This document shows, piece by piece, positions 10,827 through 24,480 of a stretch of 64,000 bases of DNA (positions within the stretch are counted from its first letter, which is position 1; every line of letters begins with the position of its first letter). The notes under the pieces were generated by a model. It was not told the origin of the DNA. It saw only the letters and a program-made list of their open reading frames with translations, and ran no database searches. Where the stretch lies: positions 62,001-126,000 of the forward strand of contig MU008165.1 of assembly GCA_010909165.1 (NCBI GenBank). The letters run 5' to 3'. This DNA is from Anthoceros angustus (taxonomy: Eukaryota > Plantae > Anthocerotophyta). The position numbers were made by a program, and so were the translations under genes.

Positions 10827-12060
10827 CGTTGAATTCAGCTATTCGTGTCCAAATGGCTTAGGCCAAATGGGCACACATTTATAACAACGTAATGGCTTAA
10901 GATCGAATGCTTGTCAAGCATTCGATCTGTATTTCGGTGGGGTGCCTACAGGGCGTAATGCCTTGGATCAGAATTTAGATGGGGTGCCTAGAGGGAGTGG
11001 ATGCCATTAGTGTTAGTAGTTTAGGCATACCGTGGTGTAAGTTGGTTGATGATACATAGGGCACGCTGGTTTCGCTCGTACGAGACCTGGATCTGCACTG
11101 CTCCAATCTTACACGTATCACTTTGCTGACCACTTGTTATTTAATCCATTCAATTTATTAATAATATATTAATTAAATTGTTTTCACTTGTCATCTCTAT
11201 CAGTGATATTTGATTCTATCTTCAATATGATATCTTCAAATGACTGGAACAAAATCTAAATTTATCAGCTTTCGTAAAACGTTGATAGATTTGGAAAGCC
11301 AAAAAACATTTAGGGACAATAGCTTACACGACTGTGAAGATGGAAGACTTCTTTATGAGACAAAACCTAAGATGCACTATGTATTCATAAGGGTTGAAGA
11401 GTGTAGGACTTTTGTTTTAGGTCGATCATAGAATTATTCTTCTCATAAGAGTCATTGGGCAAATTAATGGAAGAAAAAATGCTTTTAACCAGTAGGATAA
11501 GATATATATATCTCGCCTTCCGTGAAAACTATTCAAGAAAATATTACATACGATCGATAGTAATTTACCTTCTCCTTCACATGGACGTCTTTCAAGTAAA
11601 GTCAAAGGTAGTGAAAAATATTTTAGAGGTGATCAAGAACAATGGAAATGCATCTTTTTGTGTGTGTACTCTCTTTTGTCCTTCCTGACACGAACTAATG
11701 TCATGTAAGAAGTTTTGTGAAATTAAGTCAAAATATTCAAATGTTAATGATTTTCGAACTTCATTCTCTTTCCTCATGTTAAACTAGAAACAACAATGTT
11801 GTGCTCAGACAATAAAGTCTAGTAAAACTTAATGGTACAACTTAATATTATGCCCTCCTTCGTCCTCTCAAGGAGAGCAATTCTTGAGCTCTCCTCCTCC
11901 GGTCTCCCATCGTTTTATTGTAGATATCACAGTATATGGCTTCAAGTCTTGAATCGGATGTCTTGTATTTCTTAATGAGACCCACTGTCCTTTTCTGGTT
12001 TCCGGATCTTTAATAGCTTATTTGAACGCAATACTAATATTCTAAAGAGACGTTGCTTTA

Positions 12061-12232
12061 GGCTTAGGCTAAATGGACACACATTTATAAAAACACCGTT
12101 GTTAAGCATCCTCCACTAGACTTAGGCTAAATGGACACACATTTATAAGAACACCGTTGTTAAGCATCCTGCATTAGTCATAGGCTAAATGGACACACAT
12201 TTATAAGAACACCGTTGTTAAGCATCCTCCAC
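12061..12232. repeat. Three ~60-bp tandem repeats; diverged relative of 10856-11055
   Basis: aggctaaatggacacacatttataa.aacaccgttgttaagcatcct x3. A similar sequence and the motif ttagatggggtgc recur at 10856-11000 and 12234-12290. Confidence 0.8.
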
Positions 12233-12372
12233 TTAGATGGGGTGCCTGAAGCATCATGCACTTAGAAGAATACTTAGATGGGGTGCTTGAAGAGAGTAGA
12301 TGCCCTCGGTGCAAGTACTTAGCTTAGGTACACCATGGTAAAAGTGGTTCAATACCAAGCCTCATATTTTGT

Positions 12373-12598
12373 CCAAGTGGACTAAAATAGATTTCTTCTT
12401 CAGCCATCGAAGTAGGCTATAATAGTTCTTCCTGAGTCATCCAAGTGGACTATAATAGACTCTTTCTTCTTCTTCAACCATGCAAGTGGACCATAATAGA
12501 CTTCTTCTTCTTTTTCAGGCATCCAAGTGGAATATAATAGACTTCTTCTTTTCTTCAACCAAGTGGACTATAATAGAATTCTTCTTCTTTTTCAGCGA
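12373..12598. repeat. Degenerate ~35-40-bp minisatellite
   Basis: About six copies of caagtggactataatagacttcttctt(c/t)ttcagc. A single inverted relative lies near 16610-16640. Confidence 0.75.
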
Positions 12599-13323
12599 GG
12601 TTCTCATTATAATTCTCTATTTTTTCTGTTTTTTTTTTGTGGTCTTGTCTTAAGCAGATATTCTGCTTATTATTCATTATGTGAAACATTCAATTCTGCA
12701 GTTAAATGTGTGACACTCGGGAAGGGCTGAGGAAGGATCCATGGAGCTGAAATATGTGCATAAGACAAGAGACTGGACTTTCCGTCCCGGTAGTGCGACA
12801 TATAGAGGAGTGTTCACCGTGCAGGAGGAAGGGGGAACGTCAACTGCACATAACCGAAGCCTGTCCCGGGCCGCGTGGTGGAAGGATGTGCAAAGCGAAG
12901 ACCGTGTCAGCGTGAATCGCATTTGGGCGGGTTGGATCATCTCTTTCCCCGCGACACGTGGTCCCTCGCAGTCTGCCAGATCCCGCCCTGCCTACATGTG
13001 TCCCCGGGTGGCGAGCGCGCCTTCAAGGATCCGAGCTCCCCGTGCTTGATCACATCCCATTCTCCCTCACCTCATCCGGCTCGCCTCGCCTCTGCCTCCA
13101 GCCATCGTCCGTGCCCGGTTTCTGAATCGCCCACAACGCGGATCGGCCCGGATCGGGCGCCCTGGGGCCGCCAAGATTGGATCCAGCTCTGGAGGAAGAG
13201 GCTCAGGATCTGCGCGTCCGCCCTGTGGGTAAGGAAGGGAAGGAAGGAAAGGGGGAGAGGGGGAAGGAAGGGAAGGAAGGGAAGGGAAGGAGGGGAAGGT
13301 GGGATTAGGGTTTGTAAGGGGGG

Positions 13324-14541
13324 ATGGAGGGTGGGAAGACGGAGTCCCGGGTGGATGTGAGCGTGGTGGCGTTGCAGACGTTGGGGGGCCCGGCAGCCCT
13401 GCTTGCGCTCACCTGCGTCACCCTGACAGCAGCTCTGCTGCGGCTGCAGGCCTTGATCGGGAGATGGGGGAGCTCCAGGAAGGAGGAGGGAAGGAGGGAA
13501 GGAAGGGACGCGGGTGGAGGCGGGCACGGCGGGAGGGAGGGCTTCGGGCCCAACTGGGAGTGGCCGGAGCGGCTGGACTGGGAGCCGGCCAGGAGGCGGG
13601 TGCGGGAGGCGTACAGGAGGGCGACAGGGCAGCAGCCGCATGTGCTGTTTTCGGACAGGATTCCTGACGCCAGGACGGAGGAAGGGTATGTGGAGAATTC
13701 CCGGGGTGTGAGCATCTTCGCCAAGAGCTGGATGCCGGGGGATGGGCGGAAGCCCAAGGCCGTGGTGTGCTTCTGCCACGGGTACGGGGACACCTGCACC
13801 TTCTACTTCGAGGGCATTGCGAGGTACATTGCGGCCAGAGGGTACGCCGTGTTCGCCATGGATTACCCTGGGTTCGGGCTCTCTGCCGGGCTGCACGGGT
13901 ACGTTCCCAGCTTCGACCAGATGGTGGGCGACGTGGTGGAGCATTTCGGCGCGGTGAGGGCGCGGGGGGATTTGCAGGGGCTGCCGTGCTTCCTGTTCGG
14001 GCAGAGCATGGGGGGCGCCGTGGCGCTCAAGGCGCACTTCCGGCAGCCGGAGGCCTGGAACGGCGCGGTCCTGGTGGCGCCCATGTGCAAGATGGCGGAC
14101 GCGGTGACCCCGCCGTGGATTGTGGTGCAGGTGCTGAAGCTGCTGTGCATCGTGCTGCCCAAGGCGAAGCTGGTGCCGCAGGAGGATCTCGCGTTTCTGG
14201 CGCTCAAGGAGCTGGAGAAGCGGGAGAAGTGCAGGGAGAATGTGGTGGCGTACAAGCATCTGCCGCGCCTGCGGACGGCGCTGGAGCTGCTGAAAACCAC
14301 GGAGGAGATCGAGAGAAGGCTGGCGGATGTGAGCTTGCCTCTGCTTGTGCTGCACGGGGCGGCGGACAGGGTGACGGATCCCTCTGTCAGCAAGGCGCTG
14401 GTGGAGAAGGCCAGCAGTGAGGACAAGACGTTGCGGCTGTATGAGGATGCTTGGCATTCCATCATGGAAGGGGAGCCTGATGAAACCATTTTCCAGGTGT
14501 TGGAGGATGTCGTGTCCTGGCTGGACGCCCACTCCGGATGA
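13324..14541 (+). CDS. Alpha/beta hydrolase, monoacylglycerol lipase / caffeoyl-shikimate-esterase-like family
   Basis: Intact 405-aa intronless ORF: CHGYGDT, MDYPGFGLS, nucleophile motif GQSMGG, LVLHGAADRVTDP, HSIMEGE; N-terminal hydrophobic segment. Confidence 0.93.
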   Translation: MEGGKTESRVDVSVVALQTLGGPAALLALTCVTLTAALLRLQALIGRWGSSRKEEGRREGRDAGGGGHGGREGFGPNWEWPERLDWEPARRRVREAYRRATGQQPHVLFSDRIPDARTEEGYVENSRGVSIFAKSWMPGDGRKPKAVVCFCHGYGDTCTFYFEGIARYIAARGYAVFAMDYPGFGLSAGLHGYVPSFDQMVGDVVEHFGAVRARGDLQGLPCFLFGQSMGGAVALKAHFRQPEAWNGAVLVAPMCKMADAVTPPWIVVQVLKLLCIVLPKAKLVPQEDLAFLALKELEKREKCRENVVAYKHLPRLRTALELLKTTEEIERRLADVSLPLLVLHGAADRVTDPSVSKALVEKASSEDKTLRLYEDAWHSIMEGEPDETIFQVLEDVVSWLDAHSG

Positions 14542-16872
14542 ATGAAAGAATGAAAGAACAAAACTGGGTAGGGAACAAGCCAATGTGCTGATGGGTCTCT
14601 GCCTTCCTGCCAGCCAGGTTGCCTTACAGTCTGATCACAGCAGTCCACTTTCTGCTGCTTCAGAACGTCTGATCACAGCAGTCCACTTTCTGCTGTATCA
14701 GAACGAAACACTCTTCCTGTAATCCGCTGAGCTTGTGAGCAATCCGTCTAAAAGTCCTGCACCCAATGAAAGTTGTGCAGCTGTAGCCGTGATTCTGACG
14801 CATCTCTCCCTGTCCCTTTTCCGTTTTCTCATCCTGGACACGTTTCAGCGTATCCACCCTCTTTGCATTTTCTCAAGCTGGACCGACACGCCATGACGCG
14901 TCCGCCTTTTTTGCACTCTGCCAAGGTGGACACGTTTCAGCACATCTGCCCCTGTTTGCATTTTGTGAGGCTGGACACGTTTCGGCTGGCATCGTCACTA
15001 CTGTCACTCTGGCAAGTGAGTAAAGTGCCGAATCGAACACCCTCACCATAGACGTTTTCATACTGGGACCTCGTACGTTCCCGGAGGTGTCTGCTTCTCG
15101 CCCACCCTCGAGGTCTTCAAAAGTCTCATCTCAGAGACACTGCATGTTCGGAGACGTCCATAGAGGTCTTAAAAGATCTTCTTCATACATATATATGGTC
15201 TTCATTGGTCTATCTATGGTACATGTTCTGACTGTCCTTTAGATATGGATGGGACTTCTTTTAGCTACATTTTTTATCTTTCACCATTTATGTCATCCCT
15301 TGTAGTCCCATCAATTCTGGACTAGTGGTAGTGCATCCAAAAGCCCGCAGGTTCCATCAATTCTGGACTAGCGGTAGTACATCCAAAAGCCCGTTGGCAT
15401 GTTGTTGATTCTTCATTGATGAAGTCACCATGGGAACTTATTTATATTGTGGATATTCGTTGTCCCATTGTCGTAATTTATGTTCCTAATTAATCTCACA
15501 GCTACAATTTATGGTAGACTGGCCAAAAAGTGAGTACGGTAGATCTTTTCCATTATGAGCTAAAAAGAAAGTGAGTAAAGCTTTTCCCTGATTTTAACTT
15601 TCTTAAAATAACAAATCTGTCTATAACTTTGTTTGGTTTGTTTTTCTTATGTCTAGTATGCTTTGTGATCCAATTATGCCATATTGTATTAGAATAGGAG
15701 CACGTATAGTCGAACTTTCATTCGAGAAAAGATAAAGTCATAACCGCACTAAGCTTAATATATGTGGCGACATTGAAGACATTGACATTTCATGGACCAC
15801 AGTGCCAACTATGGAAGTTACTATTTTTAAGGTCCTTTTAATGGTGGAGAATGAGTATGTTATTGTTGAAGATCCAGCGCCTCGTGCACCAAGTAGCTTG
15901 AAAGTTGTTCAAACATATACTGGTGATTGTAATACTTTTGGCCATTAATTGATCATAACAATATCTTAACCTTCGAAATGCTGCATAGACCCAGATGTAT
16001 AAACGAAAGAAGTGCAACCATATATGACGGCTGAAAGACACAACATTGTTATGTTGCTTTCCTATTTTGCTTGAAATTTCCTAGAAAATCTCAACTTAAC
16101 CCCTTTCGAAGACTCAAATAGATAAAGAACCATAACCCTATAATCTACCCTTGTAATCCTTAGGGAATCTTATGTTTGTAACTTTAAAAGACTGAAAGAG
16201 TTACAATCCCATAATCTCCCCTTGACCAGTCGACCAGTCTTCCTTCGACCTGGGTAGATTGTGGGTTATTGGGCTTTTTGATGACCCCGCCATTATTGTG
16301 AGTAGTCCTTGTATCCGAAATGGTCTTTAACTGGCTATTTCAAATCACCTTGTTTCAAACCCTCCACGTCGAGTATTTTTGTGTTGGACTTCTGCCCCTT
16401 ACATATAGAAGTCTTGATGTTGTTGGAGTATGTGAAATGTGATTCAAACACATACCTTCACATTCTTAGAACTTGAAACAAGCATCTCTCCTTCCATAAA
16501 TCTAATCTGGATAAGTATAGAGATCATATATCATGTATTATATTAGTTATATATTTTAAAATAAAATAATTTATTATCTAATATTTCAAGCAAAATTATC
16601 AATAGGAAAAAGAAAAAGTTTATTGTAATCCACTTGGACTGAATTTAGGAACGGAATGCTGAGGACGAATGCCTTATGTATATGTAGGTAGGTATACCTA
16701 TATAGAGCCGTACCGAAAGTATGGACATATGTACATACTTGTTTCCGCTGGGTTATACACCCATGTACAAGCAAGCAGCGTGTGGCTAGCCAGAGGCGCT
16801 CTGGATTCCAAGCCAAATTGCGCTTGCGAAATTTGATTTGGCACCAAAAATGAAGAAAGTGGTTAGACAGGG

Positions 16873-18613
16873 TCAGACCTGGAAAGCACAGGAGGCGCGC
16901 TGAAATCCAAGCCTGTCGCCGGGCAGGTCGTATTCGATGAGGTAGTTTTCCTGCTGGAAGTTGCCGACAATGTTGGTGGCTCCATCATCCTCCGCGCTGA
17001 GAAACGCGAGGCAGAAAACCGTATCGGCAGCGGGAACCATCACATTGTCCGTGGGAAGCACCATCTCGACCTCCTCCTCCCGAGCCCCGTCCCGCTGGAA
17101 TAACAAGGAAACTTCGGGGAAGACCGTGGAATCGAACCTCTCCTGACTCATGTTGTAGCAGAGATGGAAGGCCACGGAATCCGCTTCCTCGGAAGCGGGG
17201 GAGGACACGGCCACCGGCGGCCCGGCCTGCGAGGCCAGCGACGCGGAGAAGGCGCGCACCAAGGCCTGCAGAACCGGGGTTGCCAGGACTGAGAACGTCG
17301 TCCCCGAGTCGATCACAGTTCCTCTGGGTGCGATGCGAGGGACGGGGAGCCGCTGGCCTGCCACGCTGATGCCTGTGAGATTGAGGAAATAGAAGACCTG
17401 CGCGGGGGATCCTCCTTTGCCCGGATCCGAGTCCGGCTGCCAGGCGTCCCTGGGAGGAGAGACGAATGGTGTGAAGAGCATCTTGCTGCTGTGACCTAGG
17501 CTGGTGAAGCCGATGTCCGTGAGCTGGTGGCTTGAGCGCGGGAGCTCCCCGAAGGAGAGGAAGCTCATTGCATCTTCTTGCTTGATCCTGTCCGTGAAAC
17601 AGTGCCTGCAGAGGTCTGAAGCTAATGAGCATCGACTGTGAACAACAAGTTTCAAGCCTCCAAGAGTTTACAAGAAGCAACATGATGAAGGCGGATGGGA
17701 TGACGGATTCATGAAGATATCAAGATTTTGAGAATAATGGATTCATGAGTGAGCAAAGATTTGGAGATGAAGTGATAACGATACGAAGATGGCGGAGACC
17801 AGAAACATTTGACAATACCTTGTGGATGAAGGTAGGAAGATTTGAAGGTGAAAGGAATGAAGAATCACGGAGAGTTTGTGAGAGACTGTACCTGAATTTT
17901 GTGCCGGATACATTCGCCAGCTGCTGAGGGAGGCCAAGAAAGCTTCTTCCCAGACCGAGGATGCCTGATTCCTGCTCGAACAAGCCCTGATTGTTGAGCC
18001 CGCATCCGAAGACAACGCCAGGGATCTTGATCCGGCTGCCGAAGCCGGAATCGATGGTGAGCGTGTCCTTGGACAGATCGCCTTCGGTGAAGGAGCCATC
18101 GGCATAGCTGTACCTGTAGGCGCAGGAGGAGCCGTCATGGAAGGTCTGGATCCCGGGGTCTCTGGCGGGAGCGCCATCACAGGTGGAGTCTTGGTGCGAG
18201 ACGCGCTGGTACGTGGAGGAGGCGGTAGGATCGTACGCCGCGTCTCGCTGAGACGGGAAGCAGGTGGAGCACTGGCGGCACTGCGTCCACAGCAAGCCGC
18301 TGCCGGTGTCGACGGTGAGCCAGGCTTCCTGCGGCGGCGTCCCGAGCTCCATCCGCACCATGTACTCCCCGCTTGTGCGGCCGGGAGAGAGCACCTGCCC
18401 GGCCGCCATAGCCGCGCGCAGGGCGCGCGCCCGATCCCGGCTCCTCCGCGCGGGGGAGGAGTCCGGGGACCGGTCCCGGCGTGCGACCGGGAAGGATTTG
18501 GACCAGGACGGCGACCCCGCTGCGGCCAGTGCCGGCCCGCGTGCCAGGAAGAAGCAGAGGAGGAGCAGGAAAGCGCGGGCTCGCCATCGCCGTTGCCGCC
18601 ATAGCCTCTCCAT
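16873..18613 (-). CDS. Secreted pepsin-like (A1) aspartic protease, nepenthesin/CDR1-like; 2 exons
   Basis: ATG at 18613 and a signal peptide; catalytic motifs VDTGS and IDSGT; C-terminal IVGNFQQENYLIEYD. A GT-AG intron at 17606-17891 joins the two ORF-track pieces in frame (FR|HCF). Confidence 0.93.
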
Positions 18614-21429
18614 CTTGCTGTGACGGACGCGTCTCAAGAACGCAGAAATCGTCTAAGGGAGGCGGGACACCTACATGACGTGAGATGTGTAGGGTGCGGG
18701 TGGTTGGAGAGGCGGGAGCACGCGGGATCGCTCCCTTGAATGCAAGGATTTGGAGCAGCTGTTGAATGAGCGACACGACAATCGGTTGGTTGAAGGAAGG
18801 TGCCAAACCTGACCGAGATAGCTTCATCTTGACTTGAACCGACTTTGCAAATAAAAAATTTGCGAAGCCGGACACGCGTTGGACCCCTCCGACAACTAAG
18901 CTGCGTCGCTGCGTCTTCAAAAGCAAGTTCTCCGAAGACAGCGACCGACTCTGTTGATTATTGATTCTCCACGGGTGAACTAGCGGCTCCGTGGGGCCGG
19001 GGTGCACGCAGTCCCCCAGCCTGTGTCCCGCTCTCCGTCACCTCTCTCTCCGACCCGTGTTAATCGTGGTAGGGTTTTTGTTGGTGGGGTTTCTTAGTTT
19101 AGGGCTAATCCGGCATCTTCATCGCATTCCGGCGTCGAGTGTTTGCGGGTTTTTAGTGTACGATTGATCCGGTGACTATATTATCAGTGCCCTCACCATC
19201 TTAGTGTTTGTTGATTTCTTATCGGTGCAGTGGCTGACTCTCAACGCGCCTAGGTCTCAAATATCTCCGAAGCATAAATGCTTGGCGCGTGCGAAATCCT
19301 TCTTGGCATTTATGTCCATGGCCTCCCCCTAGCCTGGCCATGCGCACTCTACTTGTATAGAGTGCACTACATACGTTATCGTAACTTTTATATTTTACCA
19401 TGATATATACATATGTGTAACAACATTATAGGAAATACCTTGTGGCGCTCGCGGGTCTCTAATAACAATCGTGTGCGGGTCATGTATTTTAAAACCAGCG
19501 GGAAAAAACCTTGTTGTCTTAGAGGGAACAACGGGATCAGGGAGCGGACAGGCGGGCGAGCCGGCGGTGGGGCTTCGATGTTCAACGCTCCTTCTTTCCT
19601 TCCTTCTTTCCACTTGTTCTCCACAGGATTGCACTTGTAGCCAGGTTGCAAATCAAGCTTAAGCTTCAGTATTGTCATTAGCCCTCGAGTACCAGCACAC
19701 ACACACACACAAAAGCCTAGTCTTTTCTAAGAAGCTTTAGTATTATCAGTAGCCCTCGAGCACCAAGCATGCACAATGTCAGTGTGTCGTATGCACAAGT
19801 ATTCTTTGGTTCCTTACATCAGAGTTCATGACAAGTTGGCACCATCTTGATTTTCAAGTTATGACTCCACGGTTGCAAAGCCCTGGGCAAATCAGGATTG
19901 CGCGACGAAGCTGCAAAGATATCTGCCGGAAAGTTGTAAGGGATAGGAATTTGTTCACTAACATTCAATACAAATCACGTCACTTTTCGATGTTTCATGG
20001 TTGAAAGGTGGTTTTCGATATTCCCTGGTTCAAAGATGTTTCTTCTCTTGGTGATAAAGAGCGGGTCTTTGATGGCTTGGCAATTTGAAAGTGGTTGTAG
20101 TGAATGGCCATGTGTGTTCATGTGGTTGGTAAACTCATCCTTTAGATTTTCACAGCAATCCGAGCTTGAGAATAGGCAATGGGCAAAGTGCAAAGCGCAC
20201 TTTCGAAATGAGGAACTCGGACACATCATTTCTTTGTCCAAAATTGAGCTTGAGCAATCTTGCTCAGCCAAAGCTTTTGCAAAATCGACTAGAGGCCGCC
20301 GTTCCTGCCGTGAAGTGCAGCTCAGAAACAAATTGATGCCTGGTCTCACTATCTATTTGTTGAGCTCCCAATGGATGGCGAAGACGTACGTTCTCTTCAA
20401 ATTCATCATGTGGATCCTCAGACCTTGGAAGTCAAGAAATGTTGTCCACCCCAGCTGGCGAAGAAGGGGCTCCAATCTGCTGCCTTTCAACTGTTACCTT
20501 CCAAGATAGGAGGGAGTTTAGAGTTAGGAGGGAGTTGGGAGTCCCAACCCGCTCCCTACTGCCATTCTCCTTCTCCTCCTCTCATCCTCTTCTCCCCATT
20601 CCCCGCTTATCTCGTCACCTCAGCCCGATGGTGAAACCCCGCTCCCCTAGCCTCCCCTCACTCCCCACTCATCTCCTTGATAGTTTGTCGCTTGGGTTAA
20701 GGGTTTTAGGGCAGTTTGAAACTTGGGTTAAGGGTTTTAGGGCAGCTCATCGTTTATCAGCCATACACTATAAGCAAATAGGCTCTCAGCGCATCAACCC
20801 TGAAAGTGTAAGCGCATCGCTCTCGGCACGCGGACCCTCAAAGCATCTTAACCATAGCCTCTAAATGAGCTCATCTTGGCACACGGACCCTCAAAGCATA
20901 TTAGCCAAGCCTCTAAATGAGCTCATCACGAGGTATGTAACTTCTTTGACTTCCGTGGTTTTGTAGTGCCTCATTGAGTGCATTTTTATCCTAATGTTTG
21001 ATTTCTTGGTTTACCAACTGATTTTTTTATTTCTTCGAATACATTCTAGTGTGTACACTAAGTTATTCGTTTTATTTTAAGCTTTTAGTTAATTGTGTAG
21101 ATTCTCGCAGCACATGGGGAGATTCTCGCACCACAGGAGCACACACGCAGGTGGTTGGCGCGTTGTGTAATCACTATTAAGCTCTTAAGAAACTTCTTGC
21201 CAGTGAACTTGTTTTTCTTCCAAATTTTTCAGCTCATGCGCCAACTGTCCGGTCCTAGTGCACAGAACTGTGTCTTTTACGAGCACCTTTCACACTCAGC
21301 ATTAATCATGCATCTTAATCACTCTTCTAACAAAATTAGCCACCTTTCATAAAGCGTCTCACTATTAGGCTTATTCTGATAAAATTTGACATAGCTTGTC
21401 AATGACTCCTCGAGTCATGACAGAAATAG

Positions 21430-22858
21430 GCTACATGTCAAGTAGCCATTTTTCGTTAAAATCCTAAACCCTTGGCTACTTGACCTGTAGCTTTATTGTC
21501 AGTCTCTCAATTTACCCAAACAAGATTTACTTGACCTGTAGCTTTATTGTCAATCTCTCAATTTACCCAAAACAAGATTGACTTGCTAGTTTTTCAATTT
21601 ACTCAAAACAAGATTGGCTTGCCAGTCTCTGAATTTACCCAATCCGAACAGCGCTACATAGTTATGCAAGTTATTTGACCTGCTAGAATACTCCTAGCTA
21701 GGTAAACAACCTTACAAGAATTTCTTAACCCCTACAGTCCTAGAGTGTACTACGCCGGTTTCTCAAATGTGAGACCGTGAGGCTTATGATCTTTTTCCAA
21801 AATTCAGGCAAGGTTCTATTCACTCCTAGGTGCTAGGACCAAAATACAATATAATCTTAAAACAAAAAACTGAGCTTGAGAATTTACATGACCTAATTTT
21901 GATCATGACATAATTCATATTTTTATTAGTGAGCGTTCTAGACCTTTTCACTTGTTAGTACTTCTAGGTAGGAGAATTTTTTAACTATTCTTTTTCTTCG
22001 TCTTTCAATGTGCTAGATAATTTCTAGCTAGTCCTTTCAAAGCCTAGTTCATATTGAGTCAGTCCCCATTGCATGGGATCTGTTTTCATGTTTCTACCTA
22101 CAAGGACCAAAGTACAATATAATCTTAAAATTAGGATTAAGCTTGGAGATTATTCTTTTTATGTTACTAAGGTAAGGTTCTACTCAAATTTTTTCACTAG
22201 CTAGTATTCCTAGTGAGAAGTTGAAGTGAGGAGGAGCCGGTAGATTTTCTAGTTTGAGGACCATTACCTTGATAACACTACTAGAGGCAACCTTATAGAA
22301 CAAAGAGATGAACTTACTCTGATGCGAGGCCTATCTATACAAGGAGAAAACATAATTAATTTGGTTTTTTTCTTAAATTAATAAATTAATAATAATCTTA
22401 TTATAAATATAATAAAATATATAAATTTATTAAAATATATAAAATGAATAATTTATATTAAATATAATATATAATCATAATATCTATAAATTGATACTTA
22501 CCTTGTAGTATAGTGATTGCTCTCTATAGAAGAAGAAGTTACCCGCTTTTAGAGCAGCTCGTGCTGCAGGGCTGCAGGTCAAGTGGCTTTCTTTCGTGGG
22601 GATGAATTGGTGGTGTTTGGCCCTCGTTCACGCAATTTCATTGACGACACTGTTCATTGATTGAAGATTATTTGTCTTGTTTGAATTTTACCTTTACATT
22701 TGTCCAGACTATTTTATCGCAATCTCTGTAGTTATCATATTTCAATCCCATGATGGAAATCCATCCGTAGTAAACTTAAATAAAATTCTTGTTCTTCTTC
22801 TTCTTCTTGAAGTAACCTATAGGTCAAATAAGCTATAGGTCAAGTAGCCATTTTTCGT
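21430..22858. repeat. AT-rich region with a short motif family in direct and inverted orientation; possible decayed non-autonomous DNA element
   Basis: gcta(c/t)a(t/g)gtcaagtagccatttttcgt at 21430 and 22832, its inverse tggctacttgacctgtagc at 21473, and related 45-50-bp repeats at 21480-21640. No TSD found. Confidence 0.35.
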
Positions 22859-23199
22859 GCAGATAAAATTAAAGTTTTTAATACTAGACATCACGATTAT
22901 TTAGACAACGTTCATTCTCCACCTCAGTTTACGATACTTTCTTGGTCACTCTTCTTTCTTTTTGTCTCATATTAATAGTTCCACCCTTAGTAAACTTATA
23001 TACATGTATTATTGCAATATAATGATAATTTGTTATAGTGGTAAATTTATTAGTGAACCATTTTTACCTTATCGTAGTGAGATATATATGAGGACATTCC
23101 CGTTCGTGTATTAGTAGAAGAAGAGAAGAACAACGAAAATGAACTTCCTGTAGCTGCTGTCCTTCTCACTGTCTAGTTGAAACTCAAATCCACCATCAC

Positions 23200-24230
23200 C
23201 CTTCTGAACCCACATTTGAGATCAGTATTAGGAGCGTGTCCTTGAAGCCAACGGTCCTCCCTTTGCTTGTCAGTCTACAGGCTTCCAATATCTTGAGCAT
23301 CATGTTGAAAAACATCAGGATGTGCCTTCTCAATCACATCGAATAGTAATGGAACAGCTTTTTGCAGAGACTCTAGCAGCAAGTAGAGCACTTTCACAGG
23401 ACTGCCAAATGCTTGTAGGCAGTGTCAGTAAATGCTCGGATCATTGGCCGCTGTGATTTCTGAGAAAGCTGCCTCCTACACACAGCCTTTTGGCCTTCAC
23501 CCAGCTCAACATATGCATACCCTGCAAAAGAGTTTGAAGCTGACCTTGCCAGCAGACGTTGCTAGCTCTCCCAACCACTGCCACTTGATTCACTTTGAGA
23601 TTCATCAGCTCTGGATCTGACAACACGAATCTATGCAAAGTGTCACATCATCCACAAACCGTAGTACCGATGGGGCCCGAAACAGCATGAAAGCATTCAG
23701 ATGTATATCTGCTTTGACAATGGCAAAGCCACCAGCATCACCGATAGCATTGAGTCGCAGGTTGAAGGAGTAGTATACAACAGTATTTGTCTTCAGCTGC
23801 TACTGCCCCTGTATGTAGCACTTTCCAGATTCAGCAACAAATCTTTTGAAAGAGTGATCGTGTAAGCAAGAACAGAAGAAAAACCAGTACTTTGGAAGCA
23901 CGTAATGAGAGGTACACATGAACCTATCCTGGCCTATCTAAATGACAAGATGGCTCCTTCCACACCTACTGTGCAGATTGCCCTTGCCTGGTTACCAGCT
24001 GTGGTGACAAGATCGTTGCATAGGCTTTGAATGCTAAGGACTGTGTTGTCAGCAGCTAACAATTTTATCACTTCAATCACTCCGGAATGCAAACATGGTA
24101 CGTTTGGGCAGATTACTTTCTCATCATCCAGAACTTTGCTTGAAAGGTTTCGTTCAGTCAGGCAAGGAGCACCATAGTCGGATATCTTCACGTCCGAATT
24201 AAAACACGTCACCATCATAAAAACCAAGGC
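23200..24230 (-). pseudogene. Degenerate gene relic with ribonuclease-inhibitor-like leucine-rich repeats
   Basis: Fragments in shifting frames: VKISDYGAPCLTE, LLAADNTVLSIQSLCND, VGVEGAIL, NLRLNAIGDAGGFAIVKA; in-frame stops downstream. Confidence 0.35.
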
Positions 24231-24329
24231 AGGACAAATGAAGCAAGGCCTCCTTCTTATGCATTCAACCAGCTATTCACGGCAAGGAACCTCTGCAAAG
24301 CCTCCGCTGTGGTCCTCTCCAAATGCAGT

Positions 24330-24480
24330 TGCTTCCATTCTGGATAGGAATTTGGCTGCTTCCACAGTCTGGGTAGGAATTTGGTTCCTTCCACAGTCTG
24401 GATTGAAATTTGGTCGCTTCCACAGTCTGGATTGGAATTTGGTTTCTTCCACACTCTACGTTGGAATCTGGATTTCTATG
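24330..24480. repeat. ~29-bp minisatellite, about 5 copies
   Basis: ttccacagtctggattggaatttggt(t/c) repeated. Confidence 0.8.

Noticed and set aside
13072-14648. Long antisense and overlapping ORFs (503, 261, 217 aa) over the lipase
   Set aside because: Shadow ORFs expected from GC-rich codon usage, with no recognisable motifs. The same applies to overlaps on the PPR, protease, LBD and BASS genes.
19975-20480. Possible relic of another Athila-ORF1-like TE protein (LRQLGWTTFLDF...ALHFAHCLFS)
   Set aside because: Similarity is too weak to support by eye and the frame has a stop; needs a profile search.
20686-20740. Telomere-like TTTTAGGG motifs
   Set aside because: Only two copies inside a 30-bp duplication; not an interstitial telomere array.
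22355-22500. Extremely AT-rich patch as an origin or matrix-attachment region
   Set aside because: Composition alone is not evidence; such patches are common in plant intergenic and TE DNA.
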